The notes under the pieces: model-generated
What the model was told of the DNA's origin: nothing
Seen by the model: only the letters and a program-made list of their open reading frames with translations
Database searches by the model: none
Part shown: one piece after another, positions 1 through 5,935 of the stretch
Layout of the letters: each line of letters starts with the position of its first letter
How positions within the stretch are numbered: position 1 is the stretch's first letter
Program-made: the position numbers and the translations under genes
DNA from: Thermoplasmata archaeon
GTDB lineage: Archaea; Thermoplasmatota; Thermoplasmata; Lutacidiplasmatales; UBA184
Length of the DNA: 64,000 nucleotides
NCBI GenBank assembly: GCA_030041075.1
Contig: JASHOP010000099.1
Span: 3,852-67,851, forward strand
Reading direction: 5' to 3'

Positions 1-454
1 CGTTCTCGCTGAGCCGGTCGAACACCGGCACGACCCTGACCGAGCCGGAGCTCTCCAGTTCGGGGTAGAACGCGAGGATCTCGCGAGCGTCCTGGACCGG
101 ACGCACCCCGCCGGTCTCGTAGTCGACCCGCGAGGCGATCGTCCCGCCGGTCGTGAGGAGGGCGATCCACGCGTCGTCCACGGCCATCGCACGCGCCGAG
201 GGACTCCGGGGCTCGGGCCGCCGGGGGGATGGGGGATCGTCGATCTCGCGGAACGTGGTCGCCTCGTCCACCGCCACCCCGACGTTGTATCCGCTCTCCA
301 GCTTCAACGAAACGATCCGGGGTCCCGAGAGAGCGTGCGATGGGACGATCGATCCCGTCCAGACGTGGCCGGTGGAGTCGGTGAGCTCGATCCTTCTTCC
401 CGCGGGCAGGTTCCGCATCGCGGTGAGGGAAGCGCTCGCGTTCGACGAATCCAT
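1..454 (-). CDS. gatD: Glu-tRNA(Gln) amidotransferase subunit D (GatD), N-terminal part; gene runs off the left window edge
   Basis: Manual translation of the reverse strand from ATG (rc of 452-454): MDSSNASASLTAMRNLPAGRRIELTDSTGHVWTGSIVPS...AVDDAWIALLTTGGTIASRVDYETGGVRPVQDAREILAFYPELESSG. The TGGTIAS asparaginase-like motif and the N-terminal GatD domain are recognisable. Not in the ORF track because it lacks a stop inside the window. Confidence 0.7.
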   Translation of the reverse strand, partial: MDSSNASASLTAMRNLPAGRRIELTDSTGHVWTGSIVPSHALSGPRIVSLKLESGYNVGVAVDEATTFREIDDPPSPRRPEPRSPSARAMAVDDAWIALLTTGGTIASRVDYETGGVRPVQDAREILAFYPELESSGSVRVVPVFDRLSEN

Positions 455-493
455 CCGCGTCGCTGCCCCTCCGCGGGGGCGGACGCGTCGCCC

Positions 494-503
494 GGTATAA
501 AGT
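494..503 (-). promoter_or_regulatory. TATA-like box (ggTATAAAg) about 40 nt upstream of the gatD start; candidate archaeal promoter
   Basis: AT-rich octamer in 70% GC context, placed appropriately upstream of the gatD ATG at 454. Confidence 0.3.
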
Positions 504-536
504 GTGACGCGAGACGGCCGTTCGGCGAGCCCGGTC

Positions 537-544
537 TTTTATAG
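537..544 (+). promoter_or_regulatory. TATA-like box (TTTTATAG) about 45 nt upstream of tRNA-Arg
   Basis: Isolated AT-rich element in GC-rich intergenic DNA between the divergent gatD and tRNA. Confidence 0.3.
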
Positions 545-588
545 CGCGCCCTCCTCGGCGGCGAGCAAGCGCTCACGAGAGCGACGAA

Positions 589-697
589 GCCCGTGTGGGG
601 TAGCTACGGCGCCGGGGCAGACTCCCCGGGCCGCTGCAATGGATTATCCTAGAGGCCTGCGGAGCCTCAGACCTGGGTTCGAATCCCAGCACGGGCG
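589..697 (+). tRNA. tRNA-Arg (anticodon GCG, inferred) containing a roughly 35-nt intron at a non-canonical position (D-loop region, approx. 605-639)
   Basis: The 7-bp acceptor stem gcccgtg/cacgggc, the T-arm ctggg-TTCGAAT-cccag and discriminator G were all seen. The anticodon arm gaggc-cTGCGGa-gcctc has U33 and a purine at 37. Total length is 109 nt versus about 74 expected, so an intron is implied. The extra sequence (containing hairpin ccgggg-cagact-ccccgg) lies 5' of the anticodon arm, not at 37/38. No encoded CCA. Confidence 0.65.
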
Positions 698-787
698 TCT
701 AACCCGCGTGCTCCCGCCGCAGTGCCTCTGTCCGCACGCAGCGCCCTCTGGTGAAGGAGATCCATGAGCGATTCGGCCGGATGCGCC

Positions 788-1106
788 TCAGTGCCGCGAC
801 GGGGCCATACGGTTCCGCTGCTCGAGCCGACGATAGAACTCGGGTCGGGGCCCGAAGCCGAGAAAGCGTACGACCTCTCCGTCCACCTCGTACACGGCCC
901 GGAACGCGCGTGGAGGGAAATCCATCAGACGGAGCTTCCAGAGCCCGGGATGCCCGTGCACTTCTGCGACTCGGTACCCGAGACCTGATCTGAAGGGCCG
1001 ACGAAGCAGCTGGGGAAGGGCCTCCTCGAGGGTCTGCCGGATGGATGGGGGCAGAGCCAGGTACTCTCGGTCCGCAGGGGACCGAAAGACGAGGCGCGCA
1101 GGCACC
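788..1106 (-). CDS. RelE/ParE-family type II toxin (mRNA interferase-like), about 106 aa, GTG start
   Basis: C-terminal 107 aa of ORF 788..1207 (...HPGLWKLRLMDFPPRAFRAVYEVDGEVVRFLGFGPRPEFY...) follows the RelE/ParE pattern (LWELR..YRiiY.vddE.V.vLrigHR.d.Y). The GTG start lies 4 nt after the upstream antitoxin stop (gcTGAcgGTG). Confidence 0.7.
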
Positions 1107-1107
1107 G

Positions 1108-1338
1108 TCAGCGGCCCCTCTGTGCGCGCAGTCTCGAACGCGAGATGATCTCGTCGCCCGAAACGTCGCGGCCCGCGAGTCGACGCCGTTCCATCATATT
1201 GTACCACGCGGCTGGTACATAGTCCTCTGCCATCTCGGCCAGCAGGCTGTCCCAGGTCTGATCGGCGGTTTTCAGGGAGCGCAGGCGTCGGACCACATCC
1301 GAATGGACGGGGATGCTCGTGAGCGAGTTCGAGGCCAT
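1108..1338 (-). CDS. Putative antitoxin (small RHH/Phd-like DNA-binding protein), 76 aa
   Basis: Internal ATG (rc of 1336-1338) gives MASNSLTSIPVHSDVVRRLRSLKTADQTWDSLLAEMAEDYVPAAWYNMMERRRLAGRDVSGDEIISRSRLRAQRGR. It sits immediately upstream of and overlaps the RelE/ParE toxin, in the typical antitoxin-then-toxin order. Confidence 0.55.
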   Translation of the reverse strand: MASNSLTSIPVHSDVVRRLRSLKTADQTWDSLLAEMAEDYVPAAWYNMMERRRLAGRDVSGDEIISRSRLRAQRGR

Positions 1339-1550
1339 GTCAAGTACTGTACATGATGGGCGAGAATAAGGCTTGCCGTTCCGGTGGCGAGCGCTGGCGC
1401 ACCTCCGTCCTCGCCATGGTCTCATCGGCCGACCGGCGTCATCCCCCCGATGTCAGGGTCCCTCGGATCCACGGCAACTGGGGGCCCTAGGAGACTGTCT
1501 CACTACCCTCGACCGGCGGTACTAAGTCCGGGAGTGCCTCTCCCGGTGGC

Positions 1551-1650
1551 ATGCCCTCGAGCGAGAAGCGCGCCCCGAACTTCCGCCCCTACGACCCGCA
1601 CCAGAACGTCCTCCTCTCGCCCAACCTCAACGAGTGGCTCCCGGAGGATC
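1551..1650 (+). pseudogene. N-terminal fragment with IS5/IS1182-family transposase N-terminal motif (DUF772-like: FRPYDPHQNVLLSPNLNEWLPED), interrupted by IS3-family insertion
   Basis: MPSSEKRAPNFRPYDPHQNVLLSPNLNEWLPED matches the conserved N-terminus of IS5/IS1182 transposases. The reading frame breaks exactly at the IS3 insertion point (1651). Confidence 0.5.
1648..1650. repeat. Target-site duplication ATC (left copy) of the IS3-family insertion
   Basis: ATC directly abuts the TGA... terminus at 1651. An identical ATC abuts the other terminus at 2938-2940. Confidence 0.5.
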
Positions 1651-1743
1651 TGACGTGCCCCCCGCCAAACTGCGCGCCTCGGATGGGAGAGGTACGGAGA
1701 GGGGAACCGTTCGTTCGGTCGTCGTGCAGGCTCCTACGTTCGG

Positions 1744-2814
1744 TCATGCTTTCGTTCTCTCCTTCAGCTGCGTCCTTGCGTATTCCTTCGGCGTGAGATA
1801 CTCCAGCGACGAGTGCGGCCGTTCCTCGTTGTAGTCCCCAATTGCCTCCGCCACGATCGCTCGTGTCGCGAGGAAGCTCTCCGGCTCTCGGAGCCACAAG
1901 TAATCCTGCTTGAGATGCCCGTGGAACGATTCCTGCAGCCCGTTGTCCTCCGGCCGTCGCTTGCGGGTGACCCGGTGCTCCACACCGAGGCGCACTGACC
2001 CCTCGCGGAACGAATGCGCGGTGAACTGGCTCCCTTGGTCGGTCACCAGGACGAGCCCCGTCGCGTGCCGGGTCTTCGGGAGCCGGGCTACCACCGCTGC
2101 CTCCAGCACCCGGACCGCGTCGGACGCCAAGCACTTGGAGAGGAACTCCCAGCTCACGACCTCGCGCGTGCAGCCATCGAGAATCGCCATCAGCAACCCC
2201 ATCCCTCGGTCGCTCGTCTCGATGTCCGTGAGATCGGTATACCACCGCGTGTTCGCAACCTCCGCGATCAGACGACCGGTGGCCGGGAGCCGGGGTCGGG
2301 GGAAGTGGGCCGGGAGGCTCAGTTTTTCGGCGTGCATCAACCGACGGACTCTCTTGCGATTGATCCCGAAGCCCTCGCGCCTTCGGAGGATCGCCCAGAC
2401 CCTCCGATAGCCGAACGTCGGGTGGGTGAGCGCGACCCGACGGATCGCTCGACGGACCCCGGGCTCGTCCTGTCGAGCGCGAGCGACGGATCCGACCCTC
2501 GGACGATAGTAGAGCGACCGACGGGCGAGGCCGGCGTAGCGGGACGCTCGCGTGCGGCTCGAGACCCCGTTCTCGAGCATCCGCCTCACGAGCTCCCGTC
2601 GGACGTTTTTTTCCCGGTCCGACCCTCGAGATGGTCCTTCAGCACGTCGTTGGCGATCGTGACATCGAGGAGCAGCTTCCTCAGGCGGGCGTTCTCCTGA
2701 CGGAGGCTGAGCTCGACCGTCCCCTCCTTCGAGCGAAGACCCTCCTTCATCCCGGCGAGCGCCCGGTCGCGCCACTTGTAGAACTGGGACGAGTGGATCC
2801 CGTGAGTTCGGCAC
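1744..2814 (-). CDS. IS3-family transposase OrfB (DDE/rve integrase core); expressed as OrfAB fusion via -1 frameshift near 2606-2612
   Basis: ...ELVRRMLENGVSSRTRASRYAGLARRSLYY...WYTDLTDIET...DQGSQFTAHSF...RKRRPEDNGLQESFHGHLKQDYLW...YNEERPHSSLEYLTPKEYA. The N-terminal roughly 65 codons of the listed ORF overlap orfA in another frame and are not meaningful on their own. Confidence 0.8.
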   Translation of the reverse strand: MPNSRDPLVPVLQVARPGARRDEGGSSLEGGDGRAQPPSGERPPEEAAPRCHDRQRRAEGPSRGSDREKNVRRELVRRMLENGVSSRTRASRYAGLARRSLYYRPRVGSVARARQDEPGVRRAIRRVALTHPTFGYRRVWAILRRREGFGINRKRVRRLMHAEKLSLPAHFPRPRLPATGRLIAEVANTRWYTDLTDIETSDRGMGLLMAILDGCTREVVSWEFLSKCLASDAVRVLEAAVVARLPKTRHATGLVLVTDQGSQFTAHSFREGSVRLGVEHRVTRKRRPEDNGLQESFHGHLKQDYLWLREPESFLATRAIVAEAIGDYNEERPHSSLEYLTPKEYARTQLKERTKA

Positions 2815-2900
2815 ATCGCCTCGACGTTGGTCTTCGGCGCGAGGCCTTCCAGGACGATCCGCAGCTTCTCGGACTCGGACCAGACCTTGCGGGTCGTCAT
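2586..2900 (-). CDS. IS3-family transposase OrfA (HTH domain), 104 aa
   Basis: MTTRKVWSESEKLRIVLEGLAPKTNVEAMCRTHGIHSSQFYKWRDRALAGMKEGL...ENARLRKLL... is the classic IS3 OrfA with a leucine zipper. ATG is rc of 2898-2900. Confidence 0.8.
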   Translation of the reverse strand: MTTRKVWSESEKLRIVLEGLAPKTNVEAMCRTHGIHSSQFYKWRDRALAGMKEGLRSKEGTVELSLRQENARLRKLLLDVTIANDVLKDHLEGRTGKKTSDGSS

Positions 2901-2937
2901 CGGTCCCTCCGGGCCCGGCCGAAGGGGTCGGGGTTCA

Positions 2938-2940
2938 ATC
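2938..2940. repeat. Target-site duplication ATC (right copy)
   Basis: See left copy. Immediately follows the ...GGGGTTCA terminus. Confidence 0.5.
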
Positions 2941-3155
2941 GGGTTACGGCGTCCCGGGAGATTCGAGCGAAAGTCGGAATCCCCCTCGACCCCCCATTTC
3001 CACTCCACGGCGCCTGGGCAGGTCGCCCCGGTTCTCCCCCCCGTTCCTTGGGCAAATCTAACGGGGTGCGCGCCACCCCGTGCACCCGACTCCCGAGCGC
3101 CGGGCGAGCCGCCAGAATAGCTATCCCCCGCGACGATCCACACCGGGCACCTACG

Positions 3156-3833
3156 GTGACGCTCGTCAAGACGGTCGCGGCGCACGAGATCGTCCAGTCC
3201 GTCTACCCCCACCCGGTCTCCGAACGGGATGAGGTAGGGATGGCGGTTGGGAAGGCGATCGACGGCGCGGTCGCGCGCTACAGCCACGAGTTCCTCGAGG
3301 GACGACGCCCCACCGCGACGGCGATGCGCCGCTACGCCTCGGAGGTGCTGGACGAGGAGCTGACGGACTCCGACGTGCGTCTCGCCTCCGAGGATCGAAC
3401 GGTTCAACTCGACCGGATCGCGGGGGTGGTGCAGGCGTTCCGACGCAGCGAGCTGATGGGGCTGCGGCGACCCCGGAGCCGCCTCGTGCTGATCGACGAG
3501 CGGGCGGGGTACTACGCCCAACCGGATTTCTGGAACGGACGCGACCGATTCTACGAGATGAAGAGCTACGGCGTCCCGCCGGTCCCTCCCGCCGTCACGC
3601 TTCAGCTTGGGTTGTTCCAGCTCGCCTTTCCCGGGTTTGACGCCGTCCTGGCCGCGTTCGACCGGCATGCGTCTCCGGTGAGGACCTCGTTCACCCCGAT
3701 CGCCCCCCTCTCTTCCCCGGAAGGGGAACGGCTCCTGCGCGTCGCCCTGCGGACCGCGTTGGAGGTGGGCCACGACAAGGTCCTCGAGTACATCGACTCG
3801 CCGGTCGTCCGCTACCGGCTCCCGTCGGCGTAG
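3156..3833 (+). CDS. PD-(D/E)XK nuclease-fold protein (restriction-endonuclease-like), about 225 aa; start uncertain (GTG 3156 or ATG 3240)
   Basis: ...GVVQAFRRSELMGL...RSRLVLIDERAGYYAQPDFWNGRDRFYEMKSYG... contains an E...hhhD...(20 aa)...E-x-K arrangement characteristic of RecB/Cas4/restriction-endonuclease-like nucleases. The composition is clearly protein-like, unlike upstream parts of the same open frame. Confidence 0.55.
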   Translation: MTLVKTVAAHEIVQSVYPHPVSERDEVGMAVGKAIDGAVARYSHEFLEGRRPTATAMRRYASEVLDEELTDSDVRLASEDRTVQLDRIAGVVQAFRRSELMGLRRPRSRLVLIDERAGYYAQPDFWNGRDRFYEMKSYGVPPVPPAVTLQLGLFQLAFPGFDAVLAAFDRHASPVRTSFTPIAPLSSPEGERLLRVALRTALEVGHDKVLEYIDSPVVRYRLPSA

Positions 3834-4050
3834 CGTGGAACGTCCCGGCAGCCGGTCTCGTCTCGCGCGTCGGGGCGCGCCTCGCGATCGCCGGGGACCG
3901 GCGAGGTCGGACCGGAGCCGGCTCCGCGGCGCGCGCGACGCTACGGTGGCGGGTCGCGCTCCACCCGCCCGATGCGGTCCGCCGTTCGAAACGCGGGATC
4001 GCGCCTCGAGGACGGACGCGCCGGCTCGCGGGAGCCCCTTCGACCCCGGG

Positions 4051-4629
4051 TCACGACGGAATCAGGGTAACGATCACGTTGATCTGGTTCGCGGAGTTGT
4101 CCGACGACTGGGTCAGGTCGACCGCCAGGACCGCCGTCTCGGGGCTCGTGATCGTCGACGACGTCTCGATCCAGGCCGTATCGAGGATCTGATGGGATGC
4201 GGGGCTCGTGGCCTCGAACACCGAGACGTTGTACTCGGACGACGCGAGCGCCGAGCTGTTGAAGGCGATGCCGAAGATCGACATCTCGTCCCCCGTGGCG
4301 TACCCGCCGGCCGAAGCGCTAAGGCAGATCGGGGTCGATTGCCCGCTCACGAGCACGTTCGGGTCCGCGCTCGTCCCGAGATTAACGGTCGTGCAGCCGC
4401 CCGTGGCCGGTGTGGTGGTCGGGGAGACCAGCACGTCGCCCTCCCAGAACGGGAACGATAGGCCCGGAGGAGAGCCGGGCGCGATCCCCGACGCGGAACC
4501 CTGCGCCGGAACGAAGGCGAACGAGCCGACGCCGAAACTGAACGATCCCAGCGTGAACCCCGCGACCAACGCGACCGAGGCGATCCCCGCCCCCGCGTAG
4601 ATCAACACCCGCACCGTGCTCCGGTCCAT
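4051..4629 (-). CDS. Secreted/membrane-anchored hypothetical protein (N-terminal TM/signal, Ser/Thr/Gly-rich ectodomain)
   Basis: MDRSTVRVLIYAGAGIASVALVAGFTLGSF... is a hydrophobic N-terminus followed by a low-complexity extracellular-type domain with N-x-S/T sequons. Confidence 0.55.
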   Translation of the reverse strand: MDRSTVRVLIYAGAGIASVALVAGFTLGSFSFGVGSFAFVPAQGSASGIAPGSPPGLSFPFWEGDVLVSPTTTPATGGCTTVNLGTSADPNVLVSGQSTPICLSASAGGYATGDEMSIFGIAFNSSALASSEYNVSVFEATSPASHQILDTAWIETSSTITSPETAVLAVDLTQSSDNSANQINVIVTLIPS

Positions 4630-4902
4630 CGACCGTGGCCCTCGCCGCCGCCGGTCGAGCGCGGGGGGCGTATTTAAACCCGCTAGGATTCTGTGCGCCC
4701 GATCGTCGCTCTCCCCACCGCTCGCGCGGCCGATTGCGGTCCGCGTGTCTCCTCGACCGGAGGGCGCAGCGAGATTCTTGCGCCGCGTCGCGTCGAGGGC
4801 GCCCTCGGCCGAGCTACCGGAGCGTCGGGCCGGAGGCGCCGCGGCTACCGCGGCCCCCCGCCCCCGCTCCGGACCCAGGCGGTTCGAACCCGCCGACCCG
4901 TC

Positions 4903-5772
4903 CTAACGCTCGGCCCGGGGGTCGTCGCGCGCGGGGCCGCGGACCGCCTTCCATCGGTCCACGGCCAGCTTCGCGGACGGAACCAGCTCCTCCGACGTAC
5001 CCGCCGGAGCCCGGGACATCGCCGGCGACTCCGGCGCCGGTTCGAATCGGAGGTGCCGTTGACGGGCCATCATGCCCCGGAGGGCGACCGAAGGATCCGC
5101 GATGTGGCACTGGGGGCACTTGCATCCCCCGGCCTGGGGGGGAAAATCGGCCGTCGTCGGGGGCGGGCGGTAGGCACGGGAGAACGATCGGGCCAGCGGC
5201 GAAGGAGGCGCGATCCGCGGGGCCGGGGGCGTGGGAGCCGAGTCCTCGAGAGCCGGCGGCATCGGGCGATGCCAGTCGCGCCAGTGGTAGACGGGGAGCG
5301 CGGCCAGCATCGACTCGACCGGGGACGGCGGTACCTTCACCGGCGGGCGATCGTCCAGGAGCACGGAGGCCTTGGCCGCCAGTTCGGCCAGGGACGGGCG
5401 AGGCTCTGCGGCGGGCGGGGGGGGAGGTCGGGGTTCCGGGACCCCGAGCTGCATGCTCCCCGCGGCGTGAAGTGCGGCCGACGCGGAGACGATCCGCGCG
5501 AGGAGGCCGGGAAGGTCGTAGAGCCCGGGGGTCGGCGTGGGCGCGGCGACCTTCGGTAGGTCGAGCGGAGGGTCCGCGGGCGGCTCGCGCGCCGGAGGGA
5601 GCGCGAGAACGGGGCGACTGACCCCGAGGGCGATCGGCGCCGCCGGCGCGGGCGGAAGCGCCGGGGTGGCCGGCCCCGAGGGTGGGGGCCGGGTCGCGTT
5701 CCGGGCGGGGGGCGCTGCGGGCTCCCATGCGGCGAGGACCTGAAACGCGGGAGGCCGGGTTCGTGCGACCAT
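4903..5772 (-). CDS. Proline-rich hypothetical protein with C-terminal CKCPQCH motif
   Basis: 289-aa ORF with a plausible composition in parts (SLAELAAKASVLLDDRPPVKVPPSPVESMLAALPVYHWRDW...GGCKCPQCH...). Its own TATA-like element lies about 40 nt upstream of the ATG (5809-5817). Reality of the gene is uncertain in this GC-rich stretch. Confidence 0.35.
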   Translation of the reverse strand: MVARTRPPAFQVLAAWEPAAPPARNATRPPPSGPATPALPPAPAAPIALGVSRPVLALPPAREPPADPPLDLPKVAAPTPTPGLYDLPGLLARIVSASAALHAAGSMQLGVPEPRPPPPPAAEPRPSLAELAAKASVLLDDRPPVKVPPSPVESMLAALPVYHWRDWHRPMPPALEDSAPTPPAPRIAPPSPLARSFSRAYRPPPTTADFPPQAGGCKCPQCHIADPSVALRGMMARQRHLRFEPAPESPAMSRAPAGTSEELVPSAKLAVDRWKAVRGPARDDPRAER

Positions 5773-5808
5773 CCGAACGAGGGACGCTGCTGCCGGGACG
5801 GACTCCAG

Positions 5809-5817
5809 CTATAATTG
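5809..5817 (-). promoter_or_regulatory. TATA-like element (rc AATTATAG) upstream of ORF 4903..5772
   Basis: Only AT-rich octamer in about 1.3 kb of 75% GC DNA, positioned between the giant surface-protein gene end and the Pro-rich ORF start. Confidence 0.3.
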
Positions 5818-5935
5818 GTGACGCCCGAGCGGTCGGCGGGCGAGGCGATCCGGGACCCGGGGCCGGCGACCCCGCCCGTCGGCGGGGTCCGCCTTCGCTC
5901 GGGACCACCGGCCCGCGGACCCGGTCGACGGCCGG

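Larger units (their letters stand above)
1651..2937 (-). mobile_element. IS3-family insertion sequence (about 1.29 kb) with orfA/orfB and a programmed -1 frameshift site
   Basis: Termini are TGACGTGCCCCCCGCC (left) and rc TGAACCCCGACCCCTTCGG (right): imperfect, TGA-initiated, C-rich IRs. A 3-bp ATC direct repeat flanks it. It encodes orfA (HTH) and orfB (rve integrase core) with an A7 slippery run (rc of T-run 2606-2612) in the overlap. Confidence 0.7.

Noticed and set aside
764-988. 74-aa + strand ORF (MSDSAGCASVPRR...) opposite the RelE/ParE toxin
   Set aside because: Antisense to a well-supported gene. No motif was found, so it is most likely a spurious overlap.
1551-1796. Intact IS5/IS1182 transposase gene
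   Set aside because: Only the first ~33 codons match the family. The frame continues into the IS3 terminus and junk, and no DDE domain follows anywhere nearby.
2931-2941. GGGTTCAATC resembling the tRNA T-loop as a possible attR of an integrated element
   Set aside because: Only a 10-11 nt resemblance that coincides with the IS3 terminal inverted repeat (TGAACCCC on the other strand). There is no extended match to the tRNA 3' half.
1661-3090. Shared ccccccg...tgcgcgcc words near both IS flanks, possible direct repeats
   Set aside because: Same orientation, different spacing, embedded in generally C-rich sequence. This is better explained by chance. The TGA/TCA termini with the ATC TSD give a cleaner boundary.
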